Below, one piece after another: positions 30,568-47,179 of a stretch of DNA of 64,000 nucleotides. Position numbers and translations under genes: made by a program. Numbering within the stretch: the stretch's first letter is position 1; each line of letters begins with the position of its first letter. The notes under the pieces were generated by a model. It saw nothing but the letters and a program-made list of their open reading frames with translations. It made no database searches and had not been told where the DNA came from. This DNA comes from Eledone cirrhosa. Its lineage: Eukaryota. The stretch spans positions 315,022,001 to 315,086,000 of the forward strand of contig OZ024743.1 in assembly GCA_964016885.1 (NCBI GenBank), read 5' to 3'.

Positions 30568-32488
30568 TAGCATTTTAGGGACGTGGGAGCCAGCGTTTTG
30601 GTTTGACCAATACAAAGTCGATGTATAAAAATAAAATTATCTATGTGAAATTTTGTGAATAATATTAAAATAGTTTTCGAAGTTCATTACATTCTAAGTT
30701 GGAGAGTGTGAAACAAAATATGACATTCATAATTTGTTTATATTTTCATATGTTGACTTTTAAACGCCTTCATAGAAACAAATGGTGTTGTGGGAGATTT
30801 GCTACATGCATGGAATAGTCTTATATTAGACAGTAAGAGATACCCAAATTTTGTCTGTTCATGATAGAGGATTCAATTTATGAAAAAATAACTCATCACT
30901 CCTCAATTTTCAGTATTCTTTTCTGTTTCATAGGTAGATCGACAAGACTCTAGAATTCATTCGCTTACTGTGTGTGGTAAAAGTTGTCAGGTCGGACCAG
31001 GAAACAAAGTTTCCAATGGGTATTCCGATTGCTGATACTATATATCGGTCAACACCCCTGGTCGAATGAGGAACGTGAATTAAGTGTCTTAATAAACAAT
31101 ATAACGCTTCACCCGCTCTGGAAATCGAACCGATAACCTCGCAATTGTGAATTAATTTTCTAACCAGTAAGACACGTGCCTTGTATAGACGGTAATATTA
31201 CATTCAAGTTATAAATGATGTAGTAGCATTTGCAGAAATGTTTTGTTTTAAGCTGATAAACAGTTTACTCGTGATGTTTCCGACGTATAATGCATATCAT
31301 GTATTACATGATATACAGTAGTTAACGGAAGACCTAAAATCATGTGCCCCCATTAGGCCAATGTACTCACATTGCTGCAGTGTGTGACGGATTCCTAGAC
31401 AGACATTCTCTCAGGGAATATACTGGGTGTGACGGACGCAATTTCTATATCTAATCTGTCATACGAATCGGCTGGGGCTTTCAACAGCAAATTTCGATAG
31501 CTTTAGCATGCTATTTCTTTTATTATGGGGTAGGATAAAATCCTCTTTGAATATTTAATATTAAAGCTGTGTTTCACAAAGAATGCTCGATACTCATCAT
31601 CAATTAGATCCCATTTGAATGATCCCATTTGAATTCCTTGTTGTTATCACCTTTCTTCGATACATGTATTGTATAATTGGCTGTAGCCTTAATACAGCGT
31701 TTATGCCAAAAAGTGGTGTATATACGACATTTATAATATATGTATATATAATAAACATATGTGTAGCCTCACTGGCGAAGAAAAATATTTGTCCATAACA
31801 AAATCAAAACGAAACGAAAGGAACAATATTTTCTTCTTTTTCTATTTTGCTCTATGAATATATCATGGAGTTGCCAGTATTTTCTGAGGGTGTTTCAAGA
31901 TTTGTTGAACTTTCATCAGTGACACTCAGTAAGAAGATACTAGCATGAAATAGACCATAGTCTACTTCGAATTTTGCGTGATTAGTTGCTTGAGGTACTC
32001 ATTTGTATATAGCAAACAGATAACATCTCCTGGAATATTGCTCATACGTGCGTGGATCACATTCACACTGGTTGTTAAGTGTGTGTCGGAACTGCACAAA
32101 TGAATCCAAAATTCATAGCGGGAGGGACTAAAATAGTGGCAGTGGGAGTTTGGTTCCCTTTTGTTCGCACCAGGTGTATATGAATATATTTATTTACCGA
32201 GGCATCTGTTAAACATACATTGACCCAACAATAACCTTATTCATTAATAGGAATAGTTTATTGTTGGATGCAAAGAATGTTATCTTCTATTTTACGAGTG
32301 CCCATCTACTCTAGAGTTAGTGTGCATTTAATTAGTGAAATAAAATGTCTGTGTCAAACGTCAAAAATCTGATTCTTTCCGGAGAATCTATATCTACTAC
32401 ATCAATTTTTTTTTGTACACAGGAAAACACACACACATACACACACACATATATATACACACACATCCACGCACACGCATATATATAC

Positions 32489-32519
<31 letters not shown>

Positions 32520-34194
32520 CAGCGAGAGGGAGAAAGAGAGAAAGGGAGAGGTGGTTGTTTATGGAGTATATATATTTTTATCAATATTTGTATTCATTGT
32601 ATTATATATATATTATACAATGATTAGAAATATAGATAGAAAACTCTATATTCCATAAACAACTGCTAGTAGATAATAAAATAGTTATGAAACTGAATCA
32701 GAAAATAAACACATCAGCCGTGCAGAGGAACATTTATTTGATATCAACTTACAATGAACATTTGAATACGTGACATAAATCAGCGATCAGATTCCTCCTC
32801 TTTTATATCTAAATTATAGAATAAGTTCATCGATTTCCCAATATTTATTCTAAAAATTCTCACAGAAAAACAAATTCTGATTTTATACAATGTGGATTTA
32901 AAGTAAAAACAATAAAACTTGAGGCTCAAATTAGCAGCTGGTATTCCAATTTGATCTTTTTGTAGAGTTAGTAGAGCGTCAAATAAAATATATTGTAATT
33001 ATTCCTGCTCTCTGGATTTAAACCCCACCGGAGAGGTATGTAATACTAATCAACATGTTGGTCAGAACTCCTGACTAAAGCGTCAACGCTTTTCAATGAC
33101 AGGCTACAATGTTTCAACTAAGACTGCAGAGAACCGGATGAGATATAACAGAGCATTGTATCAGAGCCATTACCAATTCAGCCAATTTAACTTCCTAGTA
33201 CTTGATGGGAACTGCAGTTATTGAGCTTGAAACGATGAAAGGTAAATATTGCCTCGGTCGAATCTGAAATCAGAGTGCAGACAGCCGTAAAAATGCTCAG
33301 AGATTTAATCGATAGGGCAGTTTGCTGCCATTGTCAACCAGAATATTTTCTGAGAGAATGTCTGTTTAGGAATACGTCCACACACCGCAGTATTGTATGT
33401 ACTTTTGTCTAATGAGGGCTCATGGCTTTACATCCTACCAAATCTACTACATACTGTATATTATACAATACATGGAGCGAATTAGACGTCAGAAACATCA
33501 TTAGTAAAAAGGAAACATTTCTACAAATGCTACTACAGTTAGAAATCACCATATGCGAACAGTTTCTTTGTTAAGAATAACATGTTCTAGCTGCAAGAGT
33601 GGCTGTATGGTTTCAGGAGTTCTCTTCACAACAATGTGGCTTTGAATTCAGTCAGTTGTCTGGCATCTTGGACATTTTTTTTTTCAACTTTAGCCTAGAG
33701 TCCACCAATACATTATCATTGAATTTGATAGATTGAAACGGATGTGCTCCCTGTTTGCATGTACAGTTTGTTTTTATGATGTAAATTAGTAGTTTGACAA
33801 AAGTAAATCTATAAAATAATAAACGGATTTAAACAAAATCTACTTATGTCGATATGACAAACTAAAATCCATCAAAGCGGTAAAATAAAATGTTGCGGAT
33901 ACTTTATTAACTGATTGCAATAATATGGAGATATGGAGGTATTTTACTAAAATAAATCAGCAAGAAGTGAAAATTATTAATAGTCATTCTGTATAAACGT
34001 GTGTAGGATATAATCACCGACAGGCATATGCATTACAAGTTATGTCAAAATATTTTCACTATTCATCCCTATGTACGATGCTTTTTAATCAAACACTAGT
34101 TGCACTTTAAACATTAATTTTCTCCATTGATTAATGAGTTTCTTTTTTCGTAGTTGTTTTTTTTGTTTTTTTTTTGCATGATATTATATCTGTT

Positions 34195-34355
34195 ATGAAG
34201 GTGGCGAATTATCAAAGTCGCGAGAACGTCGGATAGAATGGCTTTTTGAATACGTTACGGATCTAACTCTCGGAGTTCAAATCCTGCAGTAGCCAACTTT
34301 GAATTTCTACCATTCTATCTCGATAAAAAAGTACCAGTCAAGTTTTAGGGGTCGA
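34195..34355 (+). mobile_element. tRNA-derived SINE (family A), diverged
   Basis: GAGTTCAAATCC B box, caactttg, cgataaaaaaagtaccagt, as in 37971-38165. Confidence 0.7.
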
Positions 34356-35894
34356 TTCTTCTTTTATAACTCTCTTTTAATTCCATTCTCACACTCTGTA
34401 TCTGTCTCTGTAAGAAATCGACTCTATTCAGACCTGGAGAGATGGGCGCCGCCAGGTTTAATAATACCCTAGAAACGAGGTATGTTAATACGGTGCCCCT
34501 TTGACTCTCTCATGAGGTACGGGACCATGTATACATATCTTCAATTATAGTTAATACATTACGCATTATTTTACAAAAGGAATAAATAAAATTCGCAAAC
34601 TTTTCACAAAGCCCTATTCTTTTATGTATATGTGTGCGTCTGTTTTAATTATTTATACATAACCACGTGGTTTCGTGGATATCAACACATTTAACGACGT
34701 CGGGTACATTTAAATATACATGTTTACAAGCATCTGAAAAAGATCTACGAATGTACGTCCATGAGAACGTTTGCTAATGCATAAAAAAGCTGATCTATTG
34801 ATATAAATATCCTCAACTTAATGAGATAACTGTATATATTCTTTCTTATGCATCCAAACGGTAATAACTAGGCTACGGTGGAATTGTTGGATCAAATACC
34901 ACAGGATATCCCTTATTTTTAAGAAGCCGGACCTTTACTTACCGAGCGCAAAATGATGTAAAAAATTCCCCTCTGTTGTATTTAAATTAAAAATGCTAAC
35001 AGCCTGAAAACTTAACACTAGGCATCTTATCGGATGCTCCACAGTTTCTGCCGATTCAATGGAAATAGACGTTGGACTGTTGACATGGAAGACTATTTAC
35101 AGTGTATATCATAAATATATTATCTTTTACACCACTGCATATATTAAATATAAAAATATATGCATTTCAGAATATGATAGCTGTCTTATCTTCAACTCCA
35201 GCTCCATTAAGTTTTAGTGCATTAAATAACACACATCGTTTTTCCATATTTTTAAATTTTAAAACTTATATATAAATGTTATTTTTACACACATTTATAC
35301 CTATCTTCATTTTTATCTATATTGTGTTTGGTTGTTAAATTACTTTATGAATATTTTATCTGTTTCTTCTAACAAATTTAAAACCTAATTTTCTTTTTCA
35401 ATTTTCGAATGGAATGTATAATGTATAATGTTGTCCAGGTTAAAACTAATATTATATTATGACATGTGTTGAGCAGTATACCTTAAGTTGATTAGCTATT
35501 TAAATGTGCGCAGAAAATTTAGATGATTGAATTGACACAGAACGTGCTAATCTTCTTCCGAATGGAGAAATGTAAATTCGACTTAAGCGGTGTGTGACCT
35601 CAGATTTATGGGCTGTACCGTAAATTGACTAGTATATTTGAAACGTTCTGAGTTGAAGTGGAATACCAAAGAAATATATGATAAATGTAATGTGTGTTTT
35701 AATGACCCTTCGCCAAATTGGTTACTTGCCAGACAAGCACAACTCAGATATTTCAATGTTCTTTCTTGTGAATACTATATATAAGATTAAACAATGTCAT
35801 GTTGATTTAATTCACTATCATTAATTAGTGTCAGACCAACATTGAGTATTGAGCAAAGGCAAAAAAGAATGTCATATATTTATCAATGTAGAGT

Positions 35895-36050
35895 TATGCA
35901 TGGGCGAGTGGTTAAGAAGTATGTTTTCAAACATAACGAACCAGATTCAATCCCACTGCATGGCATCCTGGGTAATTTACCTTACATCGTATTGAGCCAA
36001 CTATTATGAGTAACATAGTGTAGGTGAAAATTGCTTGGAAACCTGTCGTA
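35895..36050 (+). mobile_element. Old tRNA-derived SINE (similar remnant at ~33590-33740)
   Basis: gagtggttaagaag...ttcaatcccactgcatggcatcctggg head. Confidence 0.5.
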
Positions 36051-36913
36051 ATGCAGTGTATCTGTAAAATAAAAAGGTCCAGCTTTGTCACAATGTATCA
36101 CATTAATTTGGCTTGGGAATTAAGTTTAGGCCTCATGTTTCTTTTGAATAGTAACCTCTTAAAGGTTCATTCACAACTCAGCAGCGAGTTGCAGCCGGAG
36201 AAGACCTCTTGATTATGCCAGCCGGACTAAGATATATTTTGGTTAGACCAGCAGTCGTTCATGCAGGCAAGCCTCCTCAAACCACTCCACCAATATTGTC
36301 CAAAGGGAAGGCAAAAGGCAGACGCAACTTAGTACCAGATGTTTTTTTCAAGTTTCGTCTACTGAAGATAAAGGAAAAAAGTGTTTTGATGAAGCACATG
36401 ATATTCGTGTCCAACACCATAATGAATAAACCATACAAAACTCCGTTCGTGTATTACTGTGAAGAATGTAGCTCGAAACTACAGAGGTAGAAAGAATAGA
36501 TTGAAAAGCAGTCAATGTTAGGGAGTGTGTTAATAGAAAGACTTGGTTGAATAATGAGCATTTCAAAGAGACAATAATGATGTGTTTGTACTAGACAGAA
36601 GAACAGGTTTCACAGAGTGGGAGATATCAGATCGATGTAATCAGTCTTAGTTATATACAAAACAGATTTGTATTTTTTCGATACTGGAATCATATATAAC
36701 AAAATCGATACAATAGAAATTTAAAACGGTTATTGAAAACTCTCCTTCTTTCTTATGTTTGGAATGATGCCAGAGACATATGTTGCAGCAAACATTACAC
36801 ATATAAAAAAAGGGAGGGAGCGATTAAGTTCATAACAAATTGAGCCAATGACCCATTTACTGCTTCACGGAGTAATGCATTCATTATATTCTACAGTGAA
36901 TTATATATATATT

Positions 36914-37110
36914 TAGGAAACGGTATGACCCCGACGGCAGAGCTCAAGACGGCTATTTCTGGACTATTCCTAGTCCAGAAATAGCCGTAGAAACGGCTTG
37001 AGCTCTGTCGTCGGGGTCATACCGTTTCCTATTTCCCACTCTAGTTCTCTAAGTATTGAGTACTCTGGTGCGTTATGGTCCATCTGGTTCCTTACCACAT
37101 TTCCTTTGTT
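36914..37110. mobile_element. Short PLE-type hairpin with tail
   Basis: Arms 36914-36966 and 36971-37031, loop TTCC; tail with ACTC (37038)...GAGT (37058); in (TA)n. Confidence 0.7.
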
Positions 37111-37127
37111 ATATATATATATATATA

Positions 37128-37665
<538 letters not shown>

Positions 37666-37687
37666 CTGTCTGTGTGTGTGTGTAATA

Positions 37688-37967
37688 ATAATAATAATAC
37701 AAGGGCGATTGTTAAGCCTTCGTTACGTTTATTGATTGGTGATATGCGTTTCGCTATTGGTCAGCTCACATTTCAATCGGTATCGATCTGGCCCGACACA
37801 AGGAATCGGTAGGTCGTCGGACCTCTGTTATAGTAATGACAAGCTTCTGATTCCAGAGTCAGGCCAGACCGATACAGATCGAAGCTTGAGCTGAACAATA
37901 GTGAAACGTGGGTCACCAATCAATAATCGTAATGAAGGCTTAACAATCGACCTTGTATTATTATTAC
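37688..37967. mobile_element. Older PLE-type hairpin related to 37128-37546, truncated inside the ribozyme
   Basis: Arms ~37688-37810 and ~37845-37967; shares cagagtcagg...agatcg...gagctga...tgaaac. Confidence 0.65.
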
Positions 37968-37970
37968 GCT

Positions 37971-38165
37971 AGGTCGGTGGGTTGGCAGCATCGGTAGAGG
38001 GTCGGACGCTATGTTTGACGCATAGAGTTACGGTCCTTGCCATTCTGAGTTCAAATCCCACCTATGTTAACTTTGCCTTTCATCCTTCCGGGGTCGATAA
38101 ATAAAGTACCAGTAATGCACTGGGATAATTGCTGGCCTTGTGCCAAAAGTAGAAACAATTATTAT
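37971..38165 (+). mobile_element. tRNA-derived SINE (family A), full length
   Basis: A box TGGCAGCATCGG, B box GTTCAAATCC, body ttaactttgcctttcatccttccggggtcgataaataaagtaccag, (ATT)-rich tail. Confidence 0.85.
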
Positions 38166-38316
38166 ATTACACTTTGTCTAGCTCTACACCTCGCTACAGG
38201 TGTGAACCTAAATATCGTGTTCTCACCTGGGTGAACCTACACTAACTTCACCTTATGCTCCCTCGATATATATATATATATATCTGTGTGCGTATGTGTG
38301 TGTGTGTATATATGTG

Positions 38317-38347
<31 letters not shown>

Positions 38348-38603
38348 ATGACCTCAATAATTACGACTTACTAAGCACCGAGGAAATTAATTTATAAGAT
38401 GAAAGAATGTCAGACACAGACGCTAACTGCAATTAGAGTCACTGTTTGGCGGTAAGATGTTGTCAGGGGTCCCTTAGCTCAATGGTGGGAGCACCTAGTT
38501 GGAATTGGGGTGATAAGTCGTTCAATTCTATATATACACACACAGAAAAATACATGATACATATATGTTCCAATAAACCGAAACACCACACACACACAGA
38601 CAC

Positions 38604-38656
<53 letters not shown>

Positions 38657-38875
38657 TAAACGGAATAGAAAATGCTGACAAATTGTTCACAGTTGAAAAA
38701 TGGTTTAATTAGGAATAAAAGAGTATTAGTGATTGTATGGGTTAGTATTCAGTTGTGGTTTTAAGTTTTTTAAGTTTTTACCGGTTGCGCATTTCTATAT
38801 TTTTTTCAAAAATAATTTTGAGATAGAGTGTCCGTGTTGTTTGCTCTGATCTGATTAGTTTTGGGAATTCTACCT

Positions 38876-39121
38876 GTTTTTATGTTAACAAAGTCGCTCC
38901 AGCGTTACTTTCGTGTTGCAAAAATTCTTGTGGTCAAAACAATTTTGATTGGTCGGTAGAAGTCATGTGAATGTAAAAAATTGATTTTGCGCCAAGACTG
39001 TTTTTATGTTAAAAAAGTGGCTCCAGCGCTATTTGTTGTTTGCAAAAATTCTTGTGGTCAAAACAATTTTGATTGGTCGGTAGAGGTCATGTGAATAAAA
39101 AATTGGTTTTGCGCCAAGATT
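38876..39121. repeat. ~123-bp tandem dimer
   Basis: tgtttttatgttaa...gctccagcg...gcaaaaattcttgtggtcaaaacaattttgattggtcggtaga...gcgccaaga occurs twice. Confidence 0.9.
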
Positions 39122-39241
39122 GAGAAATTACTCTTTCACAACAAATATGTGTGTGTGTGTGTGTGTAGTAGTAGTAGTAAGGTGTTCGATGTTGTGATAA
39201 TGGTTAGCAGGGATGTGTGTCAAATGGCTATTAAGATAAGT

Positions 39242-39283
<42 letters not shown>

Positions 39284-39634
39284 CTCGTAATTCGTGGTAG
39301 CAGGGATGGTCAGTAAGAATGTGTCTGAAAGCAAAGGGGGGTATTTTAGCATGTCAAAAGATATTTTTCAGCTTTTGTCTTATACGGAGAGGTGCGCGTG
39401 TGTGTGTGGGTGTATAAGTCTCTTTGTATGTTAATGTACGCGTGTGTATGTGTGTGTATATATGTGTGTGTATGTGTGTGTGGGTGGACCAGTATTTTTT
39501 CCCCCTGGTAAAATGGTGTACATTATTCGATTTTTTCAGTAAAATCGGTTCTCTTAATAGAACATCAAAAATCTTAACAATAAAAGATGTGAAATGATAT
39601 TCACTATATATATATACACATACATATATTCACT

Positions 39635-39666
<32 letters not shown>

Positions 39667-39699
39667 TTTTTTATATATATTTATATATATTTATATATA

Positions 39700-39856
39700 T
39701 GCAGAAGTTATATTTAATTTGTTGGGATTCCAAAAAACTTAAAAGTGTATAACTGATATAGAGCACTCAACTGGTCCTGGAGTAAACTATATTTAAATTG
39801 TTGGCGTTCGAAGAAACTTAAAGATGTATAACCGATATAGAACACTCAACAGCATA

Positions 39857-39860
<4 letters not shown>
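39700..39860 (-). mobile_element. Tandem dimer of the ~80-bp family 1 tail module
   Basis: Units ~39710-39788 and ~39789-39852, homologous to 10061-10145, 29312-29401 and 61751-61840. Confidence 0.75.
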
Positions 39861-39898
<38 letters not shown>

Positions 39899-39907
<9 letters not shown>

Positions 39908-40694
39908 ATATTTGGGGAGGGTCATATTTGCGTAATATTGCCAGAATTAATAACAGAACACACTCACTGTTTGGTTGGTTTTCGCTTCTCGCTGTTTATA
40001 TATATATCTGCGATCTAACTTACTCGGTCCTCAATGTTGCCATTGACTGACCGGCGGTCAAAAATAATACAGATACAATATAGACAAACACATATATATA
40101 TATATAGTTTACATAATTTACATAAATCTTTCGTTGCACATCTGCAACATCGTCAGTGGTGTTATATTCATTGTTCCTCCTGTTGTGTTGTATGTCTACG
40201 CCATTTTTTTTTTGTATGTTAATGTACGCGTGTGTATGTGTGTGTATATATGTGTGTGTATGTGTGTGTGGGTGGACCAGTATTTTTTCCCCCTGGTAAA
40301 ATGGTGTACAAAAAAAAAAAAGAAAAAAAAAAAAAATGGCGTAGACATACAACACAACAGGAGGAACAATGAATATAACACCACTGACGATGTTGGAGAT
40401 GTGCAACGAAAGATTTATGTAAATTATGTAAACTATATATATATGTGTTTGTCTATATTGTATCTGTATTATTTTTGACCGCCGGTCAGTCAATGGCAAC
40501 ATTGAGGACCGAGTAAGTTAGATCGCAGATATATATATATAAAAGACAGCGAGAAGCGAAAACCAACCAAACAGTGAGTGTGTTCTGTTATTAATTCTGG
40601 CAATATTACGCAAATATGACCCTCCCCAAATATAACAATATCTGTTTCGACACACGATTTCATATAAAAACCTCGCAAAACTAATTCATCGCTG

Positions 40695-40695
<1 letters not shown>
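39899..40695. mobile_element. Hairpin of a second-clade PLE pLTR with tail
   Basis: Arms 39899-40213 and ~40320-40641, tail 40642-40695; hammerheads CTGACGA-T-GTTGCA GATG TGCAAC-GAA-AGATTT-A at 40120-40160 (-) and 40381-40420 (+); ends resemble 24319 and 26829. Confidence 0.85.
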
Positions 40696-40728
<33 letters not shown>

Positions 40729-42180
40729 TAAAATAACAGATTAAAGTTTAAGCAAAGAATCGCTGCTTTCACCCTTAACGGGATCTTCTGAAACTTACAA
40801 AGTCAATCTGTAAACGCAGAACTGGATATTTCAAAAAACGTTGCAACCGGAGGATGACAGGAAGACGATACTTTGGTTCGTGGTAACGTTCGCTGGCAAA
40901 GAACGGGAAAAAACGAATAATACGTCATTAATAGGAGCGGTGAAAAACAATTACGCGCAAAGACAAAACCACGTTTATGGTATAAAAGAGGTCGTAGACT
41001 AATGGTCTCTTAGGTGGTGCATTGAGACGTTCTCTGGCAATGAACGAAAATACGAAGATAATAAGTCATATGTGGAGCGTGGAGAACAATAGCACGCAAA
41101 GACAAAACCACGTAAATGGTATAGTAGAATCATAGACTAAAATTCTAACTAGGAGACCAAATGAATCTCCGCTACAGAGTTAAGAACAAAGTAAATAAAT
41201 ACAATACAGAAGTAATAGAAACAAATAAATACATACACGCAAACAGATACGTACATACACAAGCATACGCAAAACCTTACCATGGGTATACAAAACCACG
41301 CACATATAAATATGTGTGTGTGTGTATGCTCGTGTACAAATAAATAAATAATTATATAAACGTATATAAGTAAATAAATACGTATATAACAAGCGCACAC
41401 GCATACCTACATATAAATACACGAATGTTCGGAGACGTAAGTCAACTAAAACAAGAAGTACACATATACACACACCCACCATACGTACGAACCTGCGCAC
41501 TCACGCGGACGCACAACTCCCGTATATACATAGCCAAACCCTAAATACCAGAATATGTAAAAATTATACGCTATAACAGTCAAATATACGTACGAGAAGG
41601 TATACATACCTTCACAAAACATACATGTAATATATATTTACCTATGCAAATAAGTAAAGGAATAAACAAACATATACTTAGCTCCCACATCAAGACGTAA
41701 AATATCCACGTATAGATCGTGCTATCCGTTAGGGTATAACGTGGGGCTGTAATACAGGAAAGTTTTGTGCAATTTATGTTTACAAGCCGAAATTGCCTCA
41801 GATTTTTGTTTAAGATGTGGTCTGTAGCATAGAGTATTTCCAGTGACGTCATATTCCTTCTTAGAGGGTAACGAAAAGAATGGGTATGCATGTAAAGACG
41901 CTGCTTGAAACTATTGGCGGTTAACCCTATGTAAGCCCTACGGGACGTGGGTGTTACAACCTTACATTTGTAGACAATGTTACTAGAGAGGCATTTCCCG
42001 GATAGTCAGCCCGATTCCTACAATTAGAGTTGGTACTAACTACAGGGTTGCACGTGTTCCTACGGCTAGATAGTTTAGCTAAATTTGAAGCTGTGATGTT
42101 ATGTGCAAGGTTAGGAGTCGTAGAGTAAGAAATTTTAATAGTATTTCTATTAAAATTTTTAATATATTTATGTGTAGACC

Positions 42181-43224
42181 ATGACTAACTGCGGACCTCG
42201 TGCTTGCGACAGGTTCAGAAAAGATCTCACAGCCTTCTTTAAAGGCTTCAACCTCTCTATACAGGTTGAGGCCAATCTCTCGGTCGTTAATTACCTCGAC
42301 GTTACCCTCAATTTATTGAATGGGTTGTATTACCCGTATAGAAAGCCGAATGATACGCTTAATTACATAAGTAAGCATTCCAACCATCCTGCCAGCATAA
42401 CCAAGAACCTGGTAAGAAACATTTCGTTGAGGCTTTCCCGTCTTTCCACCAACGAGCGCATTTTCAACGACCATTCCACTTATTACAATGAAGCTCTTGC
42501 TCGAAGTGGATTTGTCGATAAGGTAGCATATACAGAGTACGAAAATAGACCTAGAAGAAATAGATCCCGTCGCATTTGTTGGTATAACCCACCATATAAT
42601 ATGGAGGTGGCCACACCATTAGCTAAGATCTTTCTTTCCCTTATTACGAAGCATTTTCCCCCTACACATAAATATAGTAAAATTTTTAATAGAAATACTA
42701 TTAAAATGTCTTACTCTACGACTCCTAACCTTGCACATAACATCACAGCTTCAAATTTAGCTAAACTATCTAGCCGTAGGAACACGTGCAACCCTGTAGT
42801 TAGTACCAACTGTAATTGTAGGAATCGGGCTGACTGCCCCCTATCCGGGAAATGCCTCTCTAGTAACATTGTCTATAAATGTAAGGTTGTAACACCCACG
42901 TCCCGTAGGGCCTACATAGGGTTAATCGCCAATAGTTTCAAGCAGCGTCTTTACATGCATACCCATTCTTTTCGTTACCCTCTAAGAATGAATATGACGT
43001 CACTTTCAGTTCATATCTGGAGTCTAAAAGACAACCACACCCAATATAAGTTACACTGGGAGATCCTAGCTAGGGCTAGATCGTATAACGGAAATAAAAG
43101 ACCATGTGATCTCTGCGCCGCAGAGGTCCTGGAAATACTCTACGCTACAGACCACATCTTAAACAAAAAATCTGAGGCAATTTCGGCTTGTAAACATAAA
43201 TTGCACAAAACTTTCCTGTATTAG
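42181..43224 (+). pseudogene. C-terminal part of PLE RT + GIY-YIG (open frame, 5'-truncated after the catalytic DD)
   Basis: NYLDVTLNL, SNHP, WYNPPY, CNCRNRADCPL, IVY...YIG...RLYMH, CDLCAAE; collinear with the 11522-13087 protein. Confidence 0.9.
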
Positions 43225-44180
43225 AGCCCCACGTTATACCCTAACGGATAGCACGATCTATACGTGGATATTTTACGTCTTGATGTGGGAGCTAAGTATA
43301 TGTTTGTTTATTCCTTTACTTATTTGCATAGGTAAGTATATATTACATGTATGTTTTGTGAAGGTATGTATACCTTCTCGTACGTATATTTGACTGTTAT
43401 AGCGTATAATTTTTACATATTCTGGTATTTAGGGTTTGGCTATGTGTATACGGGAGTTTTGCGTCCGCGTGAGTGTGCAGGTTCGTACGTATGGTGGGTG
43501 TGTGTATATGTGTACTTCTTTTTTTAGTTGACTTACGTCTCCGAACATTCGTGTATTTATATGTAGGTACGCGTGTGCGCTTGTTATATACGTATTTATT
43601 TACTTATATACGTTTATATAATTATTTATTTATTTGTACACGAGCATACACACACACACATATTTATATGTGCGTGGTTCTGTATACCCATGGTAAGGTT
43701 TTGCGTATGCTTGTGTATGTACGTATCTGTTTGCGTGTATGTATTTATTTGTTTCTATTACTTCTGTATTGTATTTATTTACTTTGTTCTTAACTCTGTA
43801 GCGGAGATTCATTTGGTCTCCTAGTTAGAATTTTAGTCTACGATTTCTACTATACCATTTACGTGGTTTTGTCTTTGCGTGCTATTGTTCTCCACGCTCC
43901 ACATATGACTTATTATCTTCGTTTTTTCGTTCATTGCCAGAGAACGTCTCAATGCACCACCTAAGAGAACATTAGTCTACGACCTCTTTTATACCATAAA
44001 CGTGGTTTTGTCTTTGCGCGTAATTGTTTTTCACCGCTCCTATTAATGACGTATTATATTCGTTGTTTCCCGTTCTTTGCCAGCGAACGTTACCACGAAC
44101 CAAAGTATCGTGTTCCTGTCTTCCTCCGGTTGCAACGCTTTTTGAAATATCCAGTTCTGCGTTTACAGATTGACTCTGTT

Positions 44181-44231
44181 AGTTTCAGAAGATCCCGTTA
44201 AGGGTGAAAGCAGCGATTCTTTGCTTAAACT
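44181..44231 (+). ncRNA. Hammerhead variant with CAGAAGA (U4A) core and full stem III
   Basis: AGTTT-CAGAAGA-T CCC GTTAA GGG T-GAA-AGCAG CGATTCT TTGCT-T-AAACT; also at 16691-16741 (+) and 40744-40796 (-). Confidence 0.6.
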
Positions 44232-44360
44232 TTAATCTGTTATTTTAATAAATATATGCTCTACGGTTCTTATATATTTGATATATATATTTTCCTTATC
44301 GAGCCCTCTTTGGATTTTAGTCTCCAATTTTATTATTATTACTATATATATATATATATA

Positions 44361-46395
<2,035 letters not shown>

Positions 46396-46921
46396 TGGCA
46401 TATACATATATATAAACGCGCCTTATACACATACAAAACAAATACATACGTACAAATAAAAATACACGCACTTATATAAATACATGCCTACAGACAGGCT
46501 CGCATATATACATATATGAATAGGAATATACAAATATAAGATATACTTATATAAGATGTGCGGTAGGTGTGTGAATTCTGTCATGGGATACTGATGGTGG
46601 GGCATAGGGTAGGTGACGGTGGTGCTGTGGTGGTGTGAAGGACTAAATAATATAAAGCGATGTAGTTTAAAAATTAAAGAATTAAGTATAATGAAGATTA
46701 TGGGAAAATAATATAGTGTAGTGTTGTGACATATAAAGGTGGTTGAATGTATGATAATAGTGATGGTGGAAGCTATGATGGGTGAATGAGGGATTAATAG
46801 AAGGGTAGTGTTGGTGTTAAGTAAGTGTGTGGAATATATAAGATATATGAATATAACTTATGGAGATATAACGGAATTCACTGTTTGGAGATATAAATGA
46901 TGGAGATAGTGGTGGTATAAG

Positions 46922-47028
<107 letters not shown>

Positions 47029-47179
47029 TAGAGAGAGGGAGAGAGAGAGAGACAGTATATATACATATATGTGTGTGTATATATATATATATACAGAGAG
47101 AGAGAGAGAGAGACACACAGTATAAATATATATACATATACATATATATATAAATATTTATATATAGATAGATAAATAT

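Larger units (their letters stand above)
40722..44343 (+). mobile_element. Hydra-type PLE family 2, 5'-truncated, with ~1.45-kb inverted arm
   Basis: Minus arm 40722-42177 mirrors ~42662-44254 with small deletions; plus arm 42178-44343 includes tail 44255-44343; (TA)n flanks. Confidence 0.92.

Noticed and set aside
37971-38060. tRNA-like A and B boxes
   Set aside because: SINE heads with body and tail; no intact cloverleaf.
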